Source: the human T2T-CHM13v2.0 reference genome, Homo sapiens
Reading direction: 5' to 3' (one strand)
Length of the DNA stretch: 64,000 bases
NCBI RefSeq assembly: GCF_009914755.1
Contig: NC_060947.1
Shown: one piece after another, positions 12,829 to 25,430 of the stretch
How the letters are laid out: each line of letters starts with the position of its first letter
Numbering within the stretch: position 1 is the stretch's first letter
Notes under the pieces: model-generated
Told to the model about the DNA's origin: nothing
Database searches by the model: none
Seen by the model: the letters and a program-made list of their open reading frames with translations, nothing else
Made by a program: the position numbers and the translations under genes

Positions 12829-12888
12829 TTTCAGGAACTCAACTGAGCTCAATAGAGCTGAGTTGCCAGGTGTCAGAGTAACTGATAA
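12829..12888 (-). mobile_element. Inverted 3' terminus of the provirus LTR
   Basis: Reverse complement tactctgacacctggcaactcagctctattgagctcagttgagttcctgaaa matches 2033-2084. Confidence 0.85.
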
Positions 12889-15290
12889 TTCCAACATCTA
12901 ATTCATCTTGGTGTTGGCATCAATTAATTGTCTTCAATTCAAATTGTGACTTTCTTGGCTTTTGGTAAAATTAGTGATTTTCATTTCTATCCTGGAAATT
13001 TTGTTTATTGTGTTAGGAGACTCTTTATCCTATTTAAATATTCTATTTTAGCATGCAGTTTTCCTGGTTAGTTTTATTGTGTAAGTTCTGGCCTACTTCT
13101 GTGGGCTTTCATTCCAATAACAGTTTAGTTACCTGAGCCCTTGTAATTCTACTTTAGTCTGCTTTTTCTGGTGCTCCTACTTAATCTCTGATAGCGGTCT
13201 CCTCAGTCAGACTACTTACAGGGGCCCTGGTTGTGGGGCAGGAGTTGGAGCTTCTCCGTAGGTTTCTGTTGGACTTTTCCTTTCTTAGTCTTTTAGGGAG
13301 AAATTTGGCCATTATTTTCTTGGTCATTTTTGTCTATACTTATTGGTTCCTGAGTGCTAGACACTCCCAAACCCAATCTGGGATATATGGGAGATAAACA
13401 CCAAACCCAGGAAACAGCATTTTGTCTTTTTTTTTTTTTAAGTCAAGTATCCTAGCCATCCTGCCCTCTTCTTTCCAGCTCATAGAGTATTTTTTTGGTT
13501 TTGTTTTAGTCATTGTCTGTTAAATAACTGTGTGGTTATTTAATTGTATTTAGACAGTAGGGGCATAGATAAGTGAATCTATACCATCTTCTTTCAGAAT
13601 TGGAAGTCTAGATTCTTTTTATTTTCTCTAATTCCATGTAAATGGAATCATACAATATGTACTCATTTTTGTCCAATATCTTTTACACAGCATAATTCTC
13701 TTGAGATCAACCATGTTGTTTCATGTATTACGTTAATTTCTTTCTATTGATGAGTATTATTCTAATATATGGATATAGCACATTTGTATATTCAGTTTTT
13801 GGTAGATGTTTAGTTTGTTTCAACTTCTGAGCGATTACAAATAAAGCTGCTATAAAAATTTGTGTACAAGTCTTTTATGGTCATAAATTTTCACTTCTTT
13901 GAATAAATACCTGGTTGGAATGGCTGGGTCATGTGGTAGGTGTATGTCTAACTTTTCAAGAAACTACCTGTTTATCAAAGTGACTGGGCAATTTTCCTTT
14001 TCCTCAGCAATGTATGAGCATTTCAATTACTCCACATCCTCAAGAAAATTTGGTATAATCAATCATTTGAGCTTTCTAATAGGTATCCAGTGGTATCACA
14101 TTGTCATTTTTCCTTTTATTTAATTTGTTAATTGACAAAATAATTGCACATATTTATGCACATAGTGATATTTCGATACATATAGTGTTCAGATTACAAT
14201 AATTTGCAAATCCACTATCCTAAACATTTGTCATTTCTTTGCATTGGGAACATTCAATATCCTCCTTCTAGCTATTTAAATCTATATATTATTGTTAACT
14301 ATAGTCATCCTACAGTGGTATAGAATGCTAGAACTCATTACTCCTATCTAGCTGTAATTTTGTGTCCTCTAAAAAAATATCTCCCTACCTTTCCCAGTCT
14401 CTAGTATCCTCTGTTCTACATTTTACTTCTATGAGATCAACTTTGCTTAGCTTCCACATATAAGTGAGAACATGTAGTGTTTATCTTTCTGTTCCTAGCT
14501 TATTTCACTTAACACAATGTCCTCCAGTTCCGTCTCACATTGTCATTTTAATGTGTTTCTCAATGACTAATTATGTTGAGCATCTTTTGTTTCCCATGGT
14601 ATATCTTCTTTGATTATGTGTCTATTCTAATATTTAGTCAATTTTTTAATTGCACAGTTGGTTTTCTTACTATTGAGTTTTGAGATAATTCTTTATATAT
14701 TGTGGATACACATCCATTACGAGATAAATGATTTAATAGTATTTGACGCACTCTGTGACTTATCTTTTTATTATTGTAACAGGGTCTTCCAAAATTCAGA
14801 AGATTTATTTTGATAAAGTATGATTTTTTTTTAACAAAGCATGCTTTTGGTGCCATATCTAAGAAATATTTGCCAAATCCGGATCACTTTTGTTTTCCCC
14901 TAGTTTTTTCTAGACTTTTATAATTTTAGTTTTAACATTTAGGTCTATGATGAGTTTTAAGTTAATTTTTGTATATGATATGAAGTATGAATTGAATTTG
15001 TTTCTTCTTTCCTTCCTTCCTCCTTTTCTTCTTTCCTTTATTCCTTTCTTTCTTTCTTTCTTTCTTTTTGCATATGAAGATACACAAAGTTGCTATTTTC
15101 AGTGCTCTTCATTCCCTTGTGTATATTAATGTTTCCCTCTTGGGAAAAAAATCTGCAAGTAAGGAATTCTTTCCCCTTTTGGATATTTGAAATGTCTTTT
15201 TTCTGCATTCATTCAAAAAATATTTCCACTGGATATAGCATTCTAGGTTGACAAAAATATCCTTCCATTAATTCAAATACATTGCTCTAC
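12889..15290 (-). mobile_element. Nested old L1M fragments (5' region, 3' ends, L1MA insert ~14110-14530)
   Basis: Typical L1M 3'UTR and ORF2 phrases (aatggaatcatacaatatg; gtgagaacatg). Confidence 0.75.
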
Positions 15291-17190
15291 AAAATAAAGC
15301 CCATCAGTCTTTACCAAATTCTTCCTTAAAAAGAGAGAGAATAATTTCTGACTAATATCATAGTATTACTGTGATAACGAAACCAGAAAAAGACTGTGCA
15401 AAGAAAAACTATAGACCAATGTTACTTATTAAATCCATAATAAAATATTAGTAAACCAGCAATATATAAAAATTATTATACACCATGACCAAGTGGGATT
15501 TATTCTAGGAATGCAAGATTAGCTTGTTACAAGAAAAATCTAGGACTGTAACACTCCCTCCCACCCCCCAGACTGTGAAGAAGCCAAAGGACCACAAAAC
15601 AACTGAGACAAGTCTAGCTCGGCAAGTAAATGAGTTTATTAAGACTTACATACAGGACATTCCTGGGCAGCAGCAGGACAACTACAGAGAACTGCCCACC
15701 ACTCATCTCTAAGCTGCCTGCTTTTAAGCTAATTTTCTGGCTCATTGCCTACTCTGTGTGTGTGTGATGGGAATGTTTCTTTTGGTATGTTCCCAGCTAT
15801 GCCCCAGGATGTTTGAATTCTTAGGGACACCCCCTCCTTTTCTGGGTGCCATAGCTCTGGCTTACTGCCCAGCCTTTAGTGTTCAAGCAGCAGACAAACA
15901 CCCTTCAGTAACCTGGTAGAGAACCCATCACACTACATAGCTTAACATATGAGAATCAATTAATGAAATATGTCATATCAATAGAATAAAAATGGAAAAA
16001 GAAATGATCATTTCAGTAGACACAGAACAAAGTTGTATACAATCCAAAACCTGTTCATAATAAAAACATTAAACACACTAGGAACAGAATGGAACTTCCT
16101 CAACCTAATAAAGGTCATCTATTAAAAACCCACCGCTAGTATCATATTCAGTGGTGAAAGACTGGCAGCTTTCTCCCTCAGATCAGGATGTTTGTTCTTG
16201 CTATATCTAGTCAACATTGTATTGGAAGTTCCAGCCATTATAATTATATACAAAATAAACAAAAGGAATCCAGATTGTAAAAGAAGAAGTAAAACTACCT
16301 CTTTGTAATTAACATGATTTTGCACATAAAGAGTCCTTTAAAACCCCACTAAAAATTCTTAGAATTAATAAACCAGTTGAGCAAGTTTACAGGATACAAG
16401 ATTTATATACAAAAATCATTTCTATTTCTATATACTAGCAATCAACAATTCTAAAATGAAATTCTGACAACAATTCAATTTATAATCACATAAAGGGAAT
16501 AAAATACTCAGGAATGAGTCTACCAAATGAGGGGCAAAACTTGAACTCTGAAAACTATAAAACATAATTGAAGTAATTGTAGAAAATCAAAATAAGTGGA
16601 AAGACAACCCATATTCATAAATTGGAATAATTAACATTGTTAACAGGGAAATACTCCCCCAAATTAATCTACAACTCAACATAATTCCTAGCAAAATCCC
16701 AGCTGTCATTTTTGTAGAAATTAACAAGCTGATTGTAAGGTTCGTATGCAAATTTAAGTGACACAGAGTAGCAAAAGGAATCTTGAAAAAGAAGTACAAA
16801 ATTGGAGAACTCACACTTACTGCAAACCTTCAGAAATCAAAACAATATGGTAGTGATATAAGGAAAAACATAGATCAATGGAAAAAATAAGTCTACAAAG
16901 CAGCCCATTTATTACAGTCAGTTGATTTTTTGACAACAGTGCCACACTACTCAATGAAGAAAAAAAATAACCTTTAAACAAATGGTGCTAGGACAACTGA
17001 ATAACCATATACAAAAGAGGGAATTTGGATGTTTTCCTCACACTATATATAAAAATTAACACAAAATGGATCAAATACCTTAAATAAAATATAAAACTCT
17101 TAAAAGAAAATATAGAAGTAAATCTTTATGATCTTGGATTTGGCAAAGGATTCTTTGATATGACACTGAAAGTATAAAAAATGACAACAA
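15290..17190 (+). mobile_element. Old L1M ORF2 (RT region) fragment
   Basis: aaactatagaccaat, gaccaagtgggatt, caaaatggatcaaa motifs. Confidence 0.85.
15525..15937 (-). mobile_element. Solo LTR (LTR47-like, ERVL)
   Basis: TG...CA ends; perfect TSD TAGCT at 15520-15524 and 15938-15942. Confidence 0.8.
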
Positions 17191-17958
17191 AAAATATTCA
17201 GTACCAATCATCTTTGTATCCTTGAGTGAATCCTGATTTGTCCTTTTAGGTTCTTAATATAATGCCATATTAGATTGTTAATATTTCATGTAGAATTGTT
17301 GTATTCTCATTTGTAGGTATGGTTTCCCAGAACTCTTTCACCATGCTCTTGTCAATGGATTTTATCATCATATTTTCTGTAAACAAAAATAATTTTTTCA
17401 TAGTATGCACACTTTTCATTGGCAGTAGAAATACCTGAGCTTCAATGGTCTGACAGGAAACATCTTTGGAAGACAGGGCATTTGAGATGGTAACTCATTG
17501 ATAACTTGCTGCTTCCATTCTTCTTAGTCCTTAAGCTTTTTTTTTTTTTTTTTTTGTAGGAAAGGGGAAGAGTTTTAATTCTGTAATTTGTGTTTTGTTT
17601 TGTAACTATCACATTTCATCAATATTTTCTATTATAGATATTCAAAATAGTCATAGATATTTGAAAGAAATATTGTTTTGGTAAAAAAAATTTCCTGTTT
17701 TTTCTTCCTAAGGTGGTTACTTAGAGGCATATTAAACAATTTTTTTAAGCCAATGGCAATAACACATTCTCAGTTTGGGTATTTTTCTAGGAATAACTAC
17801 TGCAAAGAAAATAATTTTAAATTTGATAAATATTTAAGGATGTTTTATACATTCATAACTATCCTTAATTTTGTTTCTGTTGTGTCTTTGGAGACTGCTC
17901 TTTTGCCATTTTTTCATCTCTCTGATTCACTGAGGGGGTTTTTTGTTTTCATTTCTGC

Positions 17959-18245
17959 TTTTGAGACAGGGTCTCACTCTGTTGCCCAGGCTGGAGTAGA
18001 GTGATACAAACACGGCTCACTGCAATCTACATCTGCCAGGCTCAAGTGATAATCCCACCTCAGACTCCCGAGTAACTGAGACTACAGGTGTGCACCACCA
18101 TGCCCGGCTAGTTTTTTGTATTTTTTGGTAGAGATAGGGTTTCACCATGTTGCCCAGGATGGTCCTGAACTCCTGAGCTTGAGCAGTCTGCCTGCCTTCC
18201 CCTCCCAAAATGTTAGAATTATAGGCATGAGCCACCACACCCAGG
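17959..18245 (-). mobile_element. AluJ
   Basis: Diverged Alu dimer with gagacagggtctc and ggctcaag diagnostics. Confidence 0.92.
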
Positions 18246-19184
18246 CTGATTCACTGAGGTTTTGATCAGAACTGAAGGCAGTTACTTGTCAGCCAGGTCC
18301 CTTGTTTTCCAGAAGCACTCTCCTCCCCCAAGTCAGAGAATTTCTGCTCAAGTCAAGAAAAAGCTTTTATATCCATAGGCCAATCTCTTCTAACAAAATC
18401 TAATTCAGGGTGGGAAATGTAGTGCTCTGACGCAGCTGGAAAATCTCAGGGCTTGATTCAGAAGACAAAACTACATCATTTCTCCCGGCCCCCAGTGTAA
18501 AGCAAAGAGACTAAAGTAAAGAATGTTTGTATTCTCTTTGTCCACGTGGTAATAATAACAACAATAATCATAGTAATACAGCTCCTTTCTATTCTCCCCC
18601 ACAGCTATCCCTGCCTCCACTAATTCTCTGCTTACCAGTTGTTTGTCCCCTTAAAATTCAGGTCCAGCCTTCATGAAAATAAATTTAGAGATCGAAAACC
18701 TAGCTGCATGGAAACCTGTGATGCTGAAGCATGTACAAGACACATTTTCCCTCATATGAATGTGTTTATTATATCTTACTTGGTTTCTTACCTCTAACAA
18801 GAGTACTCTGTCCATGGATCATTGTAGGTCAGTGCATCCTGAAGGCAAGAGAGTGTTACAGCACAAAGACCTGCAAAAGCTATATGCACCTCCCAAGATG
18901 TGGCTCTCCCACTTTTGAATCTACTTAAGACACTTCACACACTTTATTTGGCCATTGGCATTCTTACTTTATCCCTTCTATGAGATTGTAAGTCTCTGGA
19001 GGGCAAGGATTGTCTCTTATTCATCTCCTATATTCTCTGCACACATGCTTAGATGTAATAGGCTCTTGACAAATGCCTGCTGAATTTCAAAAAACAAAAA
19101 CAAAAAACTTTATGTTTTCCTAAGTGTCTGTTCTAGCTAGCTACTACAGCCCAGTCCTGAAAGCATTTTCATTTTTACCTAAAG

Positions 19185-19362
19185 CAGTGGTTCTTAAGCT
19201 TAAATGTGCATCAGAATCACCTGGAAAGCATGTTGAAACAGTTTGCTGGGCCCCTCGGCCAGTTTCTGATTCATTAGTTCTAGGATAGAGCCTTAGAATT
19301 TGTACTGCTAACAAGCCCAGGTGATGCTAATGTTGCTGTTCCATGAACCAATACTTGGAGAA
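19185..19362. mobile_element. MER5A DNA transposon (second fragment ~19570-19682)
   Basis: cagtggttct...catcagaatcacctgg...tggagaac. Confidence 0.75.
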
Positions 19363-20289
19363 CAAGTAAGCTAAAGTAAAAGTATTGCCAACTGATTACT
19401 CCATCTGTTCCTCTCAAGATATCAACAATACCAATTTTCAGGAAGGAAACATTCTGCGTGAAAGAGACACAGAAGACAGATGTTGTAAAAAAATATGAAG
19501 TCACAAATCATAAAAGGAAAGAAGTAATGATATATACACCATAATTTTGCAAAATTATGACAAGAGAACATCCCTTGCTCTCACTGAACCTGAATCTCTG
19601 GGTATGAGGCCCAGGAATACACACTAATTACCAAGGGTGATCCTAATGCTCATGGCTAAGGGACCACACTTTGAGAAGTTCTCCTGGATATATTCACAAG
19701 TAATCATCACGAATCTAAGCTACATCCTATACATTATTCTAAGTTTCCTTGTTTATGTATTGAGCAATAACTTCTCCTGTGTGACCTGAAAAATGTCTCC
19801 TTTCCTCTCTGAGCCCTGATTTCTTCACTTAGCAAATGCATTTCTATCACGCAGCACGCTCTAAATCTACTCCAGGCTCTGGCAATGTTACCTCTTTTTC
19901 CTTTCTCTATAAATGTAACTGCCCACAAAAATGTAAGGCTACAACAAAGGCTTAGTGCTGTCAGTTTTGCAATTAATAAATGAATTCAGGGTGATAAATC
20001 TCAATCTCTTTTTATAGTGGGCTTATGGGGAAAAAAAAATCCTCCCTTGTTTGGGAAAGGTAAGTGAAACTTGAGGCTAAAAGAGTAGCCTGACATTATT
20101 TTAAAAATACAGGGAAAAACTACAGTAGGTAAGCAAATGTTTTTCCCATCTCATTTGTGTGAATATTCACTTAGCAACCACAAGTATTTCACCTCTCATC
20201 GTATACCTTTCACCTACTCCCACTCAGTTTACCACTTATACTATCCAGGGTAGGATCAATGCCTTAATGAAAAGGATAGATACCAGATG

Positions 20290-20850
20290 TAATTGAACAC
20301 TGGGAATTATCGTCCAATCCCAGCTTACCTGACAATATTCACGCTCTCCTTTAGACCCTTTGAAATGGGCCTAACTTTGAGTTGGATTAATATACAAATG
20401 CAGAGGCTGCTGGATCTATCATGGATATATAGCATTTTTATCAAATTTGCAAGTAGCAACACTGAAAGGAGAGCAAATGTGTTGGATGATAGAATCAGAA
20501 TCCAAAGAAATCTGATAATGGCAAACTTGGGCACACCTAACATGCAACCAGCATGGTTCTCCATCCATGTAACTTGGGTCCAAAGGATCTGAGAAGTGTC
20601 TCCTGGAGAAGACTTTGAGGTATGAGGGCAGGCACACAAAAGCTGACTTCAAATACTGGAGGGTAGATTAACTACCTTGTGAAAGTATCCAAAAAACTGT
20701 CTCAGGACTGTTGGATAGGAGCTAAAGGGAGGCAATTTGGGACACAGTGTAAATAGCATGTCATTGCAAAGGGTTGAGTGACTGTTGGACAACTGTTTCA
20801 GATAGGAGGTAAGTTACTGGTGACCGACATGGTTACTTCCAAGGTTCAAA
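20290..20850 (+). mobile_element. CR1/L3 LINE remnant
   Basis: GNYRPI and IFIKFASSN..RANVLDDRIRIQRNL resemble CR1 RT GNYRPVSL and LIKFADDTKLGG.ANTLEDRIRIQNDL. Confidence 0.65.
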
Positions 20851-21232
20851 TGCTCTGGCTACACTAAGCCCTGTGATTGTGTCACCTCATCGGCACTTGA
20901 TCAAAGTTGACCCACCTACTGTTTTGCTTGTGGAACTTTCAGCTATAGCGAAAAAATGGCTGCCACTTCCTGTTTAAGAATATGAGCCCTTAGAAAAGGG
21001 AGGTAAGAATACTACTTGAGGTTGCAAATAGGTGCTAAAAGCATATTTTTTTTTTTGTAGAAAAAGCTCACAGTCTGGATTAATAGAGCCACAGTCTGGA
21101 TGGTTATACGGTACACATAAATGCTAACACTTCTAATTAGTGGGATTATATGTAATTGGCTTGAATAAACTTAAAGTGATAAAAGTATTAAGGGCATGGA
21201 TTGGGAAATGTGCATTTATATGTATTCCTTAT

Positions 21233-21603
21233 TGTATTAGTCAGGTCAAGCTACCATAAGAAAAATATCATAGACTGTGTGGCTTAAACAGAAATTTACT
21301 TTCTCACAGTTCTGGATGCTAGAAGTCCCAGATCAAGGTCCTGCAGTGCTCTCTTCCCGGCTTGCAGACAGCCGCCTTCTCACTATGTTCTCACATGGCA
21401 GTGATCTCTCTCTCTCGATCGCTCTCTCTCTCTCTCCCTCTTCCTCTTCTTCTTAAGGCTACAGTCCTGTTGGATTAGAACCTGACCCTTATGACCTTAT
21501 TTAATCTGAATTACTTCCTAGAGAACCTACCTCTAGATATAATCACACTGGAGGTTAGGGCTTCAATATACAAATTTGGGGGTACACAATTCAGTCCATA
21601 GCA
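21233..21603 (-). mobile_element. MLT1A-type LTR
   Basis: tgtattagtc...cagtccatagca; perfect TSD CTTAT. Confidence 0.9.
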
Positions 21604-22188
21604 CTTATGTTCATCGTGAACACCAAAAATGCTTGGTTCATAAGACAGCAAATTCTGTTCTACACAAGAACCAAACCAGAAGCTCTCTACTACAGGTCAT
21701 TAACAGGTATTAGATACGAGTTTATGCTCCACAGAAGGCATATTGTGTTTAGTACAGTGCATGTTAGCAAGTGCCTCTGGCCCCTTCCCCATCAAACCCC
21801 AGCCTTGGGTGTCCCCTTCCATTAAGTTGAAAAATACTTTCCAAAAGGCAAGAGCGCTCCGCTTTAATATTCATCTTGAGCAGATCACTTCAGACCTTGT
21901 ATTTTCATTTCTTCATTCTGAGATAAGGGGTTAGTCCACATGACCTCCCTTCCCAAGGTTTTCTAACTCTGTGATTCCAACTCTAAAGAAATAGCACCTA
22001 GCATCCCCAAGTCAGGACTCACTAGACCTGGAGAGAAGTAAATATTTCCCACGTGAATAATCTGCTAAAACAGTTTTCCTTCAACCATTCTGTTTGGCTG
22101 AAAAGTATATCCTTGTGTACTTTTCGTTCCATAGAAGACCACCAAGAGTCAACCACAGGAGTCTCAAGATAATGATTATATTGGTTAC

Positions 22189-22194
22189 TTTATT
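22189..22194 (-). terminator. TMSB15A: Polyadenylation signal AATAAA of thymosin beta-15 gene
   Basis: tttatt on plus strand ~380 nt downstream of the stop codon. Confidence 0.75.
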
Positions 22195-22574
22195 ACTACA
22201 TTAGAAATGCAAATAAACTGTGAAAAGCTGCAAAAGCATGCAACTTCATGAAGATTATGAAGCAATGGAAGCACCCATCATAGCAGGTTAAAACAGGCTT
22301 ATCCAGTATAGGATGCAAGAACTACATACACAAAGGTCATCAATGGTGAGATTATTGACAGCATCTGCCATCTGGAACATATGCACCAATGGTAAGTTTA
22401 AAAATGAATTTAAGGAAACATTGGCTACCTCTGACTTCTTAGCCAGGGAACATAGGTGAGAAGATATCCGAAGACGCCTAAAATCTCTACAAACACATGG
22501 GTTTACAAAAAACAAGCCTAAAATCAAGACTCTCAGGTAATGTCGAAATCTGCTGTTGGGAGGCGATCCCCATT

Positions 22575-22612
22575 TTATGATGTTTGAACACACTCTTTCT
22601 CTTGCTGGATAG
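22575..22612 (-). CDS. TMSB15A: Thymosin beta-15, coding part of exon 3 ((T)IQQEKECVQTS*)
   Basis: Acceptor cttcccag; 38 nt ending TAA; in phase with exon 2. Confidence 0.95.
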
Positions 22613-23507
22613 CTGGGAAGACAAACACAAAAATCATTAACCGTATGTACCTAAGATTAAGTTCAGTTTCTTTCAAAAGAGCTCCTTGCTAAGTCATCGA
22701 AGTCTGCATACATGCCTTAAATTTAGAATGCCAAGGCATTAACCACAAATCCTCACATTAGGGTGTGTGCATGTATGTGTGTGTGTTAACTACCTGAATA
22801 TTCACTACAATCTATAACTGTGGAGGATTTTCTCCCATTTAAGAGATAGAGACATGCTGTTGCCATTTTTTCTTAGATGATTCAAGACTGAGATACGAAG
22901 CAATTTCTTCGGATTTATCTATCCATATACAACTAGGAAGTTATACCTTTTCAGACAATTTTGACTAACTTTGGAACTCTCAAAGCTAACAAGACAAAAA
23001 GTTCCCCTCAACTTTTGCAAAAACACTTGGAGTTTCTCCAGAAGGCTGTATTTCTGGAGGGCAAAACTGATCACTTATCCCTTGAGTCTGTGAGCCCTAC
23101 GTGCACCCAAGATCTAAACTTGTTCATTGTCTTTATCTCATCATCAGGTAGAGAAGGCCAAAACTGCAAAGTTTGCATGGATCTTTAGGTATAAGACCAC
23201 TGACCCAAACTGATGGATGCAGAAAAATGTCTAATAAGCATAAAGTGAACAAAACTAAGATTTTTCTAGTGCTAAATCCAATATTCCAAGATTGATTTTT
23301 AAGGTGGTTTTTAGTAATTTTCCAACAAGAAACTAGTTTTCCCCCCCATTCCTATTAAGACTTATGTGAGAACTACTTATATAACCCAAGTAGGAAGATG
23401 ACTATTTGATGTTTTTAACTGTTACATTAAACACCATGGTACTCTAATTATTGCTTACTTTGTGGCAAAAATTTACTAGAAGATAGGTTTATTTACTGAA
23501 CCTATTA

Positions 23508-23687
<180 letters not shown>

Positions 23688-24689
23688 TTAAGAAAACTTA
23701 CCTGGCAGAACTGTCTTCGGACTAAGGGGTCACAAGCAAAAATTTTCATATTTCATATCAATGTATATTCTACCCGCTCATTTTCAACAGAAAAACAGCA
23801 ACAGATCTTAGAAAAGTTATATTTTTGTTAGAATAATTTTAACTCCACATCATTAGCCCATTTTGATATGCAGTAAATGCCGTTGGATCAGAACGCACCA
23901 GAAACCAAGATTCTCCAGAAACCCAGAGCCAATATGTCTGACTCTTAAAATCACAGCAAGGGTAAAATGGAGGTGATAGAAGCACAAGAGCAGACAGGAA
24001 CAGAATAAAAAATAAAGACTGGCTTTAACCAGTTAATGATTTTGTAACAGGAGATAGCACTATTCGAGCATCTTCACTTTCTATTAAATTACTTTTGTTT
24101 TTTGGCATTTTTTTTTAGGAGACGGGGAGCAGCACAAAAAAAAAAAGAGTGGCATAAGTTGTACTAATTTCTTTCTATTTTAAATGCCCAAAGATGACAG
24201 TACATTAAGGCATTACAATACACGTCTCATAATAGCTCCTTGTGGCATTGGTGTATAAACGTTGTAAGAAGGGACAGCTAACTAGGATCAAACCCAGGAC
24301 TTCAGCAGAATGGGATAAACCAAATAAAAGCGAGTCTTGTTTCACCATGTTTTCTCTGCAAAGAGAGAGGTAAAGAGATGAGGCTTAGAGGTGCATGGCT
24401 GTGGACCTGACGAAATGCCTGGTGCCCTGTAAGCGTCCCGAGTTTGTCCAGAAGAGACAATAGGATATCCCAGAAATCGGAGGGCAGAGTTCTCATTCGC
24501 AAGCCCAGCCCCACCCTCGTGCAGTAAGATACTATGTCTAGTGCTTGGGGTAGAATGGAGAGGCCCCCAAGCAGCCAGAAGTGCCGAACATGCCTCCATT
24601 CCGTCGAGTTTACCCTAAGACCCTCCTCTGCCAAGCCATTAGACGCCAAGCTCAGAGCTGGAAAACTGGAACTAACAAATAAATAATAG

Positions 24690-25430
24690 CAGGGCCGGGT
24701 GCGTAGGCCAGTCTGTCAAGAGCAGTTTGCATACTTTTAAAAATAACTATTAGCTTTTTCTGGCGCCCAGCCTAACGGCCACGGGAGGAGAAGGAATGAG
24801 GACCAAGCCCCAGGGGGCCCATTCCGGGCGGCCTCCAAACTCCTCATCCTCTAAGCCTCCGACCTGCAGCTACTGCGGACAGGTCCCTTTAAGGGTCCGC
24901 GCTCCCCGCCTCCCAACCCCGGGGCCTTGTTTCCAGGGACCGGCCCCCAGGAGGGCTCGGCATCGAGCGCAGAAGGCGGCCCCCTGGAAGACAAAGGCGC
25001 GGACTCGCTCGCCCGGGCGGCGGTGCAGACGCGAAGCGCCAGCCCCAACCTCGGCTCCTCTGGCTCCCGAAGGCGCGGCATCCCCCGCCTCGCAACCCTG
25101 ACGCCTTCCCATCCCCATGGTCCTCTGGCTCCTGCGAGGCCGCAGGTCCTCACCTGAAAGCTTGAAGACTCGTGAAAGGCTGTTCGCGGGGCTGAGACCC
25201 AGACTCGCTCCGGACCAGGTTAGCGTTCCCGCGCAGAGCCCTGCAGTGCTAAGCCACCCAGCAGGCCCCGCCCCAGCCCTCTCTGATTGGCCAAAGGTTT
25301 CCGGGCTCGCCACCCCCCCCCCACCCCGCCCTTCCCCTCCTCCGCTTGAGTGTACAGAGCCCGCGTCCACCCTCTCCTCTAGGATCGGGGCTTGGTGAAG
25401 TCAGAGCCGACCCCGCCTCCCCAGGCCCCA
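24690..25430. promoter_or_regulatory. TMSB15A: CpG island / promoter of thymosin beta-15 gene
   Basis: Dense CpG and high GC; GC box at 25264-25274, CCAAT (minus) at 25286-25290; no TATA. Confidence 0.9.
25154..25240 (-). other. TMSB15A: Non-coding exon 1 of thymosin beta-15 (TSS approximate)
   Basis: Donor CAG|GTGAGG at 25154/25153, just downstream of GC and CCAAT boxes. Confidence 0.8.

Noticed and set aside
22288-22593. 101-codon frame overlapping the TMSB15 stop and 3'UTR
   Set aside because: Starts at GTG; no upstream exon supplies an ATG in that phase
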